Below are positions 24,284 to 36,862 of a DNA stretch of 64,000 nt, one piece after another (within the stretch, counting starts at the first letter, position 1; each line of letters begins with the position of its first letter). Source of the stretch: Piromyces finnis finn. Lineage: Eukaryota; Fungi; Neocallimastigomycota. Position numbers and translations under genes: made by a program. Location of the stretch: the NCBI GenBank assembly GCA_002104945.1, contig MCFH01000029.1, positions 496,001 through 560,000 on the forward strand, given 5' to 3'. The notes beneath the pieces were generated by a model. It made no database searches. It worked only from the letters and a program-made list of their open reading frames with translations, and had not been told where the DNA came from.

Positions 24284-25995
24284 ATAATAATGAATATTAA
24301 TAAATGGTAATAAAAATTATTTTTAAAATTATTATAAAAAAACAAAACTTTTTTTTTAGGAAAGGATTTTTAAGAAATAAAAGAAAAAAAAAGGTACCAT
24401 AACGAAATTTAATCTTTAAAATACTTTGAAACTTTACACTACAAAAAACGTTCGAAAAAATATTTTTATTGTAATAAAAATTATTTTATAATGGGAGAAA
24501 TTTTTTGATGGTATTTATTTTTATAAATATATTGAAATATAATAATAATATATACCAATATATTATAATATTCTATTTATATTAAATAATTTAAGTTTCG
24601 TATCACTCGTTTTATCGAAAAAACAAAACAAAACAAGTAAAAAAAAAAAGTAAATTTAATTTAAAATTAAACTTTGGTTTAGCCAAATAGAATTAAGAAA
24701 TTAATTAATTTTATATAAAATTAGGTTTGATTTTAATTAACAATTAAAGATAAACGGTATTGAACTTATTAAAAAAAATTATTATTAATGTTCCTTTTTT
24801 TTTTTTTTTATATTAATATAGTTAATAATAAAAAAAATTGTTTTAAAACAGTAAATGTTAATAATATTAATTTATAATTTCCTTTTTGGTGTGATGTATC
24901 AATATTATGCTTTATATGAAACATCTAAAACGAAAGAATAGTAAATAATAATAGTAATAATTATAATAATAAATAATAAAATGAACTCTTAAGACTATAA
25001 TTGAAAGATGTATAAAAACAAAAAAAAATAAAATTAAAAAAATAATTCAATTTGATTGTATTCCTATATTTTTAACTTTTAACATGTTGTTTTTATTCCA
25101 TATTCCATAATACTTTTAAAAAATATTCCAATTAATTTACTTTACTTTTTATTATATACAACAATTTAAAACGTGATTTATTCTTAATAAATTTTAATTT
25201 TTAGTAATAATAATTCATTTATTAATTAATAAAGTTATTTAATTCTTTTTTTTTTTTTTTTTTTTTAATTTATTTGTATTTATGTTTTGTTGTACATCTT
25301 TCATTTATCCTGTATAACCTCGTACAAAACAAAAAAGAAATTCTATTAAATTTAATTTTTTATTTTTTTTATTTTATAATTTGTGTTTAAATTTACATGG
25401 TATTAATGAAAAAGTGATACTATATAATACTATATCTTTTATACATAATAATAATAATAATAATAACTATATATATATTTAATTTTATATTTTATTTTTT
25501 TATTTTTAAATTTGCTTTTTTTTTTTTTAATATTTCACTTTTAAATACATAAAGTTGTTAAAAAAAAAAAAAAAGGTAAAATCATATAATTACCATTAAA
25601 TTATATAATTTATATTATAATAATATATATATATGTAAATATAAAGACTTTTTGAATTGTGTTTTTAAAAACTTGGTAATATAACGTAATTTTAAATTAT
25701 TTTTAAAAGTGTTTCTTATTCTTATAAACATAAGTGTTATATTTATAAAAGAATATTAAAAAAAAAAAAAGCATCAAAAACTATATTTGATTCTATTGAT
25801 TTACTGTTTGTATTTTTTTTTTTGTATAAATGAAAACTATTAATATATAGAATGTGATGTTTATTTACGTTTCTATAATAATTAATAGAATCTATTTATA
25901 TTCATTATAAAAAAAAATCAGTATATATCGATTATATATTTCTTTTTACTTTTGTTAAAAAAAATAATGTATTTCAATTATTATAATTTCTTGAA

Positions 25996-27267
25996 TTAAT
26001 ATTTCATTTGCATTTGATTATCTTTAAATATTAATTCATTGTATTCTCCATGATGTAAAAAACCAAATTGCTCTGATGGGCATGGTCTAATATCTATCTC
26101 ATTTGGACTTTCACTATTTAATGGCATTCTTGAATTATTTAAATTTTCTATGGATTCTCTAGAGTTTGAAGTCTGAGAATAGATATCATTACTTGGATTA
26201 TAACCAAATGCTGACATGCTAACTACTTTTGGACTTCTTATGGTGGAAGAATTTAAATGACCTATAGAACTTTCATTTGGCTTATAGGTTGAAATACGTG
26301 ATTTATTAGTATTTCTAAAACTACTTTCATTTATATTATTGGTAGTAACGTTTTCACTTGAATTTCTAAGTGATGTATTATTACTAGCTCCATATTTAAA
26401 TAAAAGTGCATCAGTTGCTAAAATTAAAAGAAATACTGATTTAAGACAATGGAATGGTAAAACCGAATCATTCGAAAATAGACCTCCTAGCTTCTTTTCG
26501 TCATTTTTCGTGTTAAAGAATGTAACAAAAATATATAATACAGATAACAATAAACTAACGACATCAACTGTTATTAAAATAGTATAACTTGATTGCTGAA
26601 TATGGTCAGTTAAGTCATTTCCATGAGTAGATGATCTATCATTGTATTTATTAATAAAGATAATAATAAATACAGTACATATAAGATCGGCTACACCCAT
26701 AATCAAGAATGCAAATCCATGTAATACTTGAATTGTGTCATCATCTAAATATCTCTTTTTCATACGACTATAACCAATACATAATCTAGCAATTGCAAAA
26801 GGTATAAAAAGAGCATATATAACATATGTAATGGTTTTTGCTACTTTACTTTTGGCAATAGCTTTCATTTTAATTAAATTTAAATATGGAATAGAGTATT
26901 CAGTTAAAATCCAGAATACTTCAACTATTAAATAAGTAGGCGCTGAATTATCAATCAATGAGATATACTTTTCTGAACATTCGTAGGCTAAAGTAAAATT
27001 TTCAATAACCGAAGCAATTAATCCAAATAATGATGCGTAAAACAAAACTTTCCAATAATGTCCATTTCCTACATTCATATACATCAAATATACAAGAATG
27101 AATTGTATGATGTATGAAAAGAAGAAAGTATCTTTGAATCTTTTATATATACCGATCAATACAGTGGCATATGTTGTACTGCATGTACCAGTTTCATCAT
27201 TTGTTTTATTATATTCACTACCACTAATAGAATTTCTTTGTTTATTTATTAAATCAAAATTTCCCAT
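25996..27267 (-). CDS. Intronless seven-transmembrane (GPCR-like) protein with a Ser/Asn-rich cytoplasmic tail
   Basis: 423-aa ORF with seven hydrophobic segments (from FFFSYIIQFILVYLMY to VLPFHCLKSVFLLILATDALLF), a short N-terminus and a long polar C-tail. Confidence 0.75.
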   Translation of the reverse strand: MGNFDLINKQRNSISGSEYNKTNDETGTCSTTYATVLIGIYKRFKDTFFFSYIIQFILVYLMYMNVGNGHYWKVLFYASLFGLIASVIENFTLAYECSEKYISLIDNSAPTYLIVEVFWILTEYSIPYLNLIKMKAIAKSKVAKTITYVIYALFIPFAIARLCIGYSRMKKRYLDDDTIQVLHGFAFLIMGVADLICTVFIIIFINKYNDRSSTHGNDLTDHIQQSSYTILITVDVVSLLLSVLYIFVTFFNTKNDEKKLGGLFSNDSVLPFHCLKSVFLLILATDALLFKYGASNNTSLRNSSENVTTNNINESSFRNTNKSRISTYKPNESSIGHLNSSTIRSPKVVSMSAFGYNPSNDIYSQTSNSRESIENLNNSRMPLNSESPNEIDIRPCPSEQFGFLHHGEYNELIFKDNQMQMKY

Positions 27268-28412
27268 TTTTATTTTATCTTAAATTATTAATGAATTTGT
27301 GTTATATGTTTTATTGTATATTTTTTATGTTAATGTATATTTTTGTATATTTATTTTTTTTTTTTTTTTTACTTTAAATTAGCTGTTTGTTTGTTTGTTT
27401 ATTTATTTTTTTTTTTCAAAAATTATAATAATAATTTTAGGATTTATTTGATTATAATTTTACTATTATAGATTCCAATATTAAATCAATATTTTAATAA
27501 TAATGGTTATAAGATTATAATCTTACACCTCTTTTTTTTTTAATAGTATTTTGTAAAAAAAAAAAAAAGGATATTTATTAAAAACTGAGAAATGCTTATT
27601 TTTATATAAAATTTTCTGTAATAAATGGGAGTAATAATATTAACATATTAATAATATTATTCATCCCATTTTAATAAATATATTATGTTATATAATCTAA
27701 TTTAATAATAAATAAATTAACTAATGTATTTAATTTAATATAATTTGTAATATATTATTTAATTTATTTAATGAAACGTTGTACACAACACAAAATCTTA
27801 TATTTTATATTTACCCCATTTTCTATTATTTTATTTGTCTCTAAATCAAGCTAATATGTATAATAATACAAATGAATTAAATTTCTATAGATAATATATG
27901 AAACAAATAGAAACATATACACAATTATAATATATATAAAGATAATATGTAAATGTATATAAAAATTATGTATGTATACAATGTGTTGATATATTATTAA
28001 AAAAATGTAAAACTATACATAAATCTTTTATTCTAAATATGTCATCAAAACTTTTTTTTTTTAATAATATATATAATATATATAATAATATAAATTATAA
28101 TATGTATTTAATAGCATTTATTCAAGGTTTAAGAATAAACATTCATAACAAATATTATAAAATATATTCTAGACTTGGATTTTAAAAAAGTTTTACTAAT
28201 ACAAATTAAGATAAAATACAATAACAATAATAATAATAATAAATTTTAAAGTTTTTTTTTTATATGGAAATATAGAAATCTAGTTTTAATATAATATATT
28301 TAAATTTAAAATTGAATGAATCATATGTAAAATTATTTATAAAAAAACAACCAAGATAAATTAAAAAAATATATAAATATTAATTGTTAAAGTTTATTTA
28401 AAAATATTTGAA

Positions 28413-28443
<31 letters not shown>

Positions 28444-30340
28444 TTCATAGCAAGGATTAAATAGTAAAGTATTTTTTTTTTTGAGTATTAAAGATACGAT
28501 GACATATTAACATATAAAAACAAAAACATAACAAAAATATATCTTTATATATTTTAAATTAACTATAATTTTGTTGAAAAAAAGTTTATTTAAGAGCTTT
28601 GGTTTTTATTTATTTATATTGATTAAAATAGAGTATTTAAATTTAAATTAAATATTATTAACAGAGTAACTCCTTGAATACTTTACAACAATGATTAAAT
28701 ATAATATAATATTTTTTTTATAACATACGGAGTAGGTTTTCCAACGAATAGTAATAAAATTATTTATAATTAATAGTTATAATAAATAAATAATAATTGA
28801 TTATTAATAATTAATTTTAAAGTCATTGATTATAATAATAATAACAGTATTATTAATAATTGACATAATTATATAATTATGCTGAATAATGCTATCATGA
28901 CATTATTATATTTAAAATATCAATATAATATCGTCTATATTCATCTAATTTTAGATGATACTATATTTATATTTTAAATTGAGTGAATGAAAAAAAAGAT
29001 TTAAATATTTATATATTTTTCTCAATTAATTTCACATAATATCAGAAAGAAGAAAGCTATTTTTTTTTTTTTATTTTAAAAATATTTGATAATTATTATA
29101 ATGAATAGATGATGGTTAATTAATTAATTAATTAATTATTTATTTATTTATTATCACTATTTTGTATTTATAATTAGTAATTGTTATTTAGTTATTTTTA
29201 TTAAATAATAAAGTGTTTTTTATTAATTTATAATTAAAATATAACACTTTAATATTTCATTATTACACATTTATAAAAATTTTTCAAATGTAGATTCAAC
29301 CCATAAAGAATGTCATCAAGCATATTATTAATTATTTTATTTGAGAAAATTAATTCTTTAAATATAAGTATTATATTAAAATTTATATAGGTAATAATTT
29401 AAATTATTAAAAGGAAAAATGGAATGAGTCATTCCTTTTTTTTATTTTTACTATTATTACATATTTAGTTTAAATTAATAATATGAATTAGGATAATATT
29501 TTAAATAAGGTGATAAGTATATATAATACCTCATTCTTTAATAAAAAAAATAGTATACCTAATTAATAGTATTTATCTTTTATGACTTAGACTTCTTTAA
29601 TTAAAATTGCATATTAAAAATGTTAAATGTTTAAAATTAATAGTTTATAAACTTATAGTTAATATATAAACTAAACAAAAGCAAGAAACAAACAAACAAA
29701 ATGTTTATAAATATACAATATTTTAATTTAATGTAAAAATAAATGTATACGTTAAATTGTAAATTTTATGTAATTATGGCACACAAGGTGCCAAAATTTT
29801 AATTTCAAACTTATAAACATATTTAATATTGAGTAGTCAAAATAAAATGAAATTTAATTTCTAACAAGGACCAGATTGTGACATTAAATATATAATACCT
29901 AAAAATAAATAAATTGGTTATACAATACATAATACAAATTATTAATAAAAAATAAAAGTTATTTTTCTCTATCATTTAATTTTTTTAAAACTTCTTTAAA
30001 TTCTTTTAGTTTAAAACAAAATTTTTTCATTAGAAATTTAAATTCACATTTTAATACATTATTTAAAGAACTTATATATTTTTAATAGATTTTAAATTTA
30101 TTAAAATTAAAGTAATAAAATATATATTTTTAGAAAAAGAAATATATATAAATATTAAAATATTAAAGTATCACAATGAATAGAGAAAACAACTGAAATC
30201 TAATTTAAGATTAACAACAACAACAATAGTAATAGTAGTGGTAATAATAACAATCACAATTAAAATTGTTAAAATTTGTTATTTATATCCTATTTTCAAA
30301 GGCATTTAAAAATTAAATTCATTAAATATACAAGAGCAAA

Positions 30341-31421
30341 ATGATAATTGAAATTGATATTATTGAGAAATTTTCAAAAGAAATTGATGCTTTATATTCT
30401 GAGCTTGCAAAAGATCAAAAGGAATATCAAGGTATATAAAAAAGGATATATCTAGTATTTATTTAATATTTATTTTAGTTTTTATTAAATAAATATATAA
30501 AATTTGTTATTTTTATCATATTTATTTTAGTCGAAATCTCGACTCTTAGAGCAAAAATTATAAATTTATTGAAAAATCATATAGCAACATTAAGAACAAA
30601 TAAGCAGTATATATTACAAAAGATTATGGATATACAAGCTGAAACTCAAAGGTATATAGGCTTGATGGGTGGAGAAGATGATGAAGAAAATAAGCAAGAT
30701 GAAGTATTTTTAGAATTAAGGCAAATACAATACTCTTTAAATTCTTCAGACAGTAAGTTTTTTTTTTTTTTTTTTAATAAAATAAATTTAAATTTATGTT
30801 AAAATGTAAAGGAATAATAAGAATATCCATATTTTTATAGATATAGGCTTAATACCTAAATTAAAACGTTTAAAGACTATAAATGAATATGTATTAGAGG
30901 TAAGTATAAAATGTAAAATTATTTCGTTTTAAATAGGAATTAATTTCTTTAAATTTTAAATCATTGTTTTATTATATCAATGTCAAGAAATATCAACTAC
31001 GAGTTAATACAATTAAAGATATATATGAAAAAATAGAAGAATGTAAAAAGCATTTAGGAAATAAAATTATTAATATTGAATCATTTAACGAAAATGGAGA
31101 GGAAATCATTTCTATCAAAAGAATCCAAAAATTAACATTATATATTAAAAAATTTATAGATATAAAAGTAAATTTTATTATTCATGTTATGTTTATATAT
31201 TTCTATTTCATGTTTGTTCAATATTTAACAATTTTTTTATATGAAACAGGAAAACAGATTAATTATTGCTTGTGAATTAAGAAATAAAATATTGAATTTA
31301 TGGAATGAACTTGGTATAGAGCCTCAAGATGAATTTGATAAATTAATAGAAAATTTCAATAAAAATAAGTTTTATGTTACTGAAGAAAATATGGAAACTA
31401 TAAGATTAAAATGTGAAAAGG

Positions 31422-31455
<34 letters not shown>

Positions 31456-34400
31456 GAAAATATTATTAAAGAATATTAATAATATTTGATTATAATAAAT
31501 AAGTTACTTTTGAATTGACATATAAAATATTTTTTATAACAAATATGATTCTTACAAAATTTTTAATATAAAATATGTTATACCTCTTTTCATATAAATA
31601 TATAAACATTCTACAGTTAGAAGAGGAAAAAAGCAATAGAAAATTAAAGGTTGAATTACTATTAAAAATGATTAATGTATTGTGGGATAAAATGCAAATT
31701 GGTATTGAAGAAAGAAAAGAAATTGAAAACTTAACAGGTTATCACTGTGATACAATAAAAAAGGTAATAAATTATTATTTTGTTAATTTGTAATTCTTTA
31801 GAATTTTATTTTAATCATCATCATATTATTAATTATTTTATATGGGTATATTCAAAATAGTATGAAAATGAATTAATACGTTTAAATAAAATGAAAAAGA
31901 AATACATGAAATCTTTCATCTTAAAATGTAAATTAGAATTGGAAACTTATTGGAAAAAATTATATTTTTCAAAAGAACAACAACAACAATTTTATAATCA
32001 ATATCCCTTTATTGATTTTGATGAATCAAATGCAAATTCCATTGAAAGTGAAGAATATATTAATAATGGAGAAAATACCCATGATAATGATAATAATAAA
32101 ATTGAAGAAATTATTTCAACAATGGAAATAAATCAAAATCCACATTTAAACGAAACTTTTAATAGTCAAGAAAACAAATATCATCCACAAAATGAAGAAA
32201 AATGTGAAGTTGAGGAATCAAAGAATGAAAATTATGTATCTTCAAAAAGCTATTCTGATGAAGCTGTATTATCAGCATATGAAAAAGAAATTCTAAAAAT
32301 GGAAAAATTATATGACGAGGCTAAAGATGTATTAGAGTTAGTAGGAAAGCACATAAAATTGGTAGAGGAAGTTAAGAATTTTGAGGTATAAATAAATAAA
32401 TAAAAAGAATATATATAATAATAAATGAAAAAAGACAAATTAATATTTAACAATAAAAAAATTTCTTTATACGAAAAATTATAAAAGATTTCATGTGCTG
32501 ATCAAACACGCTTATTTCAAAAAGGAAAAAGAGATCCTGGTAGATTGTTAAGGGAAGAGAAATTTAGAAAAAGATTTACTAGAGAAAGACCAAAAGTAAA
32601 TAAATATATATATATATATAAATAGAAAGATCTATTAATAAAACATAAAACCTCTATAAATTTTTAAATATTAATAACAATTTTACTTTTTTATATACCA
32701 TTTTATAAAATACTTGATGATATATTTTTTAGCTGGAGAAAGAATTAATAAAAATTTTATCGGATTGGGAAATTCAAAATAGTAATTATAAATATTTAAG
32801 TTATATATATATTTTATTAAAATATATTAATATATATATTATGTTTTTTTTTTTTTTTTCCTTTTTTTAATATTATTATAAAGATAAACCATTTACGATA
32901 TATGGAAAAAGATATTTAGATTCAATTAAAACGCTAGATGATGAAGTATCAAAATTAGTTATGAATGAAAAGGAAAAACATAAATCTGTAAGCCACAATA
33001 TAAATTCAAAAATATATTTTCTTATATATTAAATAATTTTTTTTTCTTTTTAATCCTATCTTAATTATATCAATAATAAAAGAAATCAAATTCTAAGAAT
33101 ATATCTGATAAAACCATAAATTCAGAATTAAATACTCCTTTAAAAAGAATTGTTCAAAAATCTCAAAATAAAATAAAAAGACAAAGAACCAATAATCATG
33201 AAGAAAGAAATGAAAAAAGACAAATTCAAAAAAATGAAAATAATGACTTTATAGCAAAAACACCAAGAAAAAATATACCCTCACCAAACAATTGGAAAAA
33301 TACTAATGAAACACCAAAAACTGACAGAACTCTTATCGATACTCAAAAATTATTATATACAACTTCAAAAATTCCAAATACACCGACCCAACCTCTTCTT
33401 TCTAAAAATTATCCAATGTCAGCAAGAACAACTTCACGTATTCCAATGCTTACATTAAAAAATACTTATAAGAAAACAAATTTATTCTCAGTAAAATTAC
33501 CACAAAAAAGACCATTTTATTTTTCAGATGACGATGATAACGAAGAAAAACGTGAAATTTTTGAAAATTTTGCAAAAAAGAGTAAAGATTTGAATGAAAT
33601 TTTACAAAAATTTAAAAAGACACCATCAATTGACTTTAATAATAAAACATCAACTACTAATTCTTCTGCTGTTGTTTCATCATCAACAACTTTAGCAGAT
33701 TCTAAAAATAGTAGTAATACCATATCGACAGATATAATACCTAATTCCAATAAGGATGTATGTAGTAATAGCAATCCTTTATCAACGATAGAAGAATTGT
33801 CATATATTCGTGGTAGTAGTAATTCTAATACTAAAATTGATAAACAAAATAATCATCAAAGTGATGCAACAATAATAACACCTTTTCGTGTTAATAATTC
33901 ATATAACAAACTCAAGAAGGATAGTATCCAAATAGAAATTGATGAACAACTTCAATCTATTCATAGTATTCAAAGTCCAACAAAATCGAAAATAAAACCA
34001 TCCAATACTATGGAACCATCTCCCCAAGAAGAAAAAGAGAATCTCTCTCGAGAGATTAATGTAAAAAAGGCAGCTCCTCCTCAAGAAAAGAAAGTCATGG
34101 ATAAGTCAGAGGGTGAAACATTTCAAAAATTTTCACATCCTCTAACAATGAATAATACACTTGTAAATATAAATACCAATACCCAAATAAATAATAAAGA
34201 ATATTCTAATAATTATGAAATTAAATCCAAGATTTTACCATCTTTTAGTACAACAAAAATTAGTATATCAAATTCTATAGCCAAAGAATCTAGTCCATTT
34301 TTATCACCAAAAAATCCATTAACATCTTCTGGTATGGTGGCATTACCATCTTCATTAAAATTAAATTCTACTACGACACCTCAAAAAAATGAAAAAGAAA

Positions 34401-34699
34401 GTGAAGAGGAGAAGAAAAAGACTGAAAATGGTCAAGAATCATTAGAATCTAAAAAAAAAATTAAAAATGAAAATAATGTTATCACCATAGCTACTCCAGT
34501 AGTCACTACCACCAAAGATGGTAAAGAAGTTATCGAAACCTATCAATATGAAAAAATTAATTTAGCAGAACCATCCGCACTTACTATTAAATTAAAAAAC
34601 TCAGATAGTCTTGGTATTGGAGATCTTGGAGATAAATCGTTATCTTCTATTAATGGTGAAGAAGATGTAGATTCATTTATTGATGATATCTATTTTTAA
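30341..34699 (+). CDS. ASE1: Ase1/PRC1/MAP65 microtubule-bundling protein, multi-exon (start uncertain)
   Basis: Coiled-coil exons, LETYWKKLYFS, hallmark RLFQKGKRDPGRLLREEKFRKR (about 32507-32575), KPFTIYGKRYL, and a long disordered last exon. Confidence 0.88.
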
Positions 34700-35044
34700 A
34701 AAGAAGAAAACTTTATACTTTTTATTTTATTATTAATTTTTTTTTAAAAGCTTTACTATAAAATTCTATTTTAATATAAATTTTAAAATATTTAAATTTT
34801 TTTAGACTATTATAACAACCTACCTATTAATAGAATCGTATTTTCATATAAAAATCCAATTTTTTTTTTTTTTTTTTTTTAAACCATTCTATATCTATTT
34901 TCATTTTACTTTTTACTTTTTACTTTAGGGGGGGGGAAATGTTTTCAAACTATTATTGTACTTTATAAAATTTTTTATTCTTATTTATTATATTATATAT
35001 ATATATATTTAGATTAAGTATTACAAAAAAAAAGTCATACCAAA

Positions 35045-35075
<31 letters not shown>

Positions 35076-35436
35076 CATCAAAAGTAATAAAATAAAAATT
35101 AAAAATTATTTAAAAAAAAAAATATATATATATATATTCTTTTTTTTCTAATATCATTTAAAGTACATAAACATTAAAAAAAAAAAAAAAAAAAAACTAG
35201 TTTCAAGTAAAACAAATCAATTTTTAAACAAAGACAAAAATGAATTTGGTTTAATATTCATAAAAAATTAATCAAGGATGAATGATTTTATTATATTAAA
35301 ACTTTTTATTGTAATTTTTTTTTTTTTTTTTAATAAAATATTTTAATAATTAAATTTTAGTTTATATATTATATAATATCTATGTATATATTTTAGTTTT
35401 TTTTTTTTTTTTTACTAATATATATACACTTTTTTG

Positions 35437-35467
<31 letters not shown>

Positions 35468-35560
35468 CCTAATATTTTTTTTTTTTTAATTTTACGATTT
35501 TTTTTATATATATATTAGATTAGTTTTCTTATTATTAATAATAATTCTGATCAAATTTTA

Positions 35561-36862
35561 TTAATTAGCTATGCTATTCATCAAATCCTTAAATTGATTA
35601 AACAATACAACACGTTGTTCACTATCTAAATTCATAATTTGGTTCATAATATAACTAACAGTAGTTTCAGGGGTTCTAATAAAGGTAACAAAGTAAATGG
35701 AAGAAAAGGCAGCCATTAAGAGCTGACAATCGAAACGATCAGTAACACCACCGTGACCTGGAATGGTATCACCAAAGTCCTTAATCTTGAAAGCACGTTT
35801 AAGTCCACTAGCAAAGAAACCACCAAATGGACCAATAAGAGAAGCAAAGACGGATAAAACAATACTGTGTAAAATAATTGGGTAAATAGTGACAGTGGAA
35901 AGCTTGACTCCGAAAATTGAGAAGATATCAACAATTAAAGTTGGAATGTTGTAGGCCTTTGGAATGAAGACTGAATTTGGATCACAAGTAACATTAGATA
36001 AGATATTAGTACTTAAATCAACAGCTGGGCAAATGAAATAGTTGAATTGAGATAAGAATAAGGAGAAGAAGATACCCCAAATGATAGTAAGGAAGAAAGC
36101 ACCAATGAAACCTTCCCAGGTCTTCTTTGGACTTAATTGAATCAATGGAGTACGTCCCCAGAAGAATCCACAAACATATGCAGCAATATCATTGACAATG
36201 ACAAGACTTGCTGGAAGGAAGAACCATATAATACCTTCTAAAACATTATTGATAAGGAAGTGAGCTTGGAAAACAACAAAGAGTAAAATTAAGTGAGTCC
36301 AGGCAAATTGAATAAATTGGAATTGATAGTAACCTTTTCTTAAACTCATAACAAATATAACAAAACCGAAGCAATATATACAGAAGGAAATGAATTTATG
36401 ATTATTAAGTAAAATTTGGAAGATATCATACTTGAATAATTTGAATTTGAAGTAACTCATAATTCCATCTCCGTACATATAGAAACATCCAGCGAATAAG
36501 AAATACCAGTTAATAACTCTAAACCAAGGTAGTTTTTTCTCTTGAGATGGGTAATGTGCGATATGAATAATTTCTTTGAAGATTAAAATTTGAAGAATGA
36601 GAACTAAAATAATTATACTAAGATGACCGGAGAAGATAACAAAGAAGAAACCGAGAATCATAACAATAGTCCAAATGAAACGAGTCCACCAATTCGTCCA
36701 TTTTTTTTCTTTTGGTTGTTCAGCTAATAAAACATTTTTTTCTTCCTTTTTTGGTGCTATTTCATTAGTTGGGAAAGCTTCAGTTTTTTCTTCAACTGAC
36801 TTGGTCTTTTCTTCAGAATTTTTTCTTTTTCTATTAGTGAGATTATTATTTTTCTTAGCCAT
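35561..36862 (-). CDS. CDS1: Phosphatidate cytidylyltransferase (CDP-diacylglycerol synthase)
   Basis: Motifs NDIAAYVCGFFWG, LSPKKTWEGF and KDFGDTIPGHGGVTDRFDCQ; multi-pass membrane protein. Confidence 0.96.
   Translation of the reverse strand: MAKKNNNLTNRKRKNSEEKTKSVEEKTEAFPTNEIAPKKEEKNVLLAEQPKEKKWTNWWTRFIWTIVMILGFFFVIFSGHLSIIILVLILQILIFKEIIHIAHYPSQEKKLPWFRVINWYFLFAGCFYMYGDGIMSYFKFKLFKYDIFQILLNNHKFISFCIYCFGFVIFVMSLRKGYYQFQFIQFAWTHLILLFVVFQAHFLINNVLEGIIWFFLPASLVIVNDIAAYVCGFFWGRTPLIQLSPKKTWEGFIGAFFLTIIWGIFFSLFLSQFNYFICPAVDLSTNILSNVTCDPNSVFIPKAYNIPTLIVDIFSIFGVKLSTVTIYPIILHSIVLSVFASLIGPFGGFFASGLKRAFKIKDFGDTIPGHGGVTDRFDCQLLMAAFSSIYFVTFIRTPETTVSYIMNQIMNLDSEQRVVLFNQFKDLMNSIAN

Noticed and set aside
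34927-34936. Poly-G run between convergent ASE1 and CDS1
   Set aside because: An isolated homopolymer with no supporting structure.
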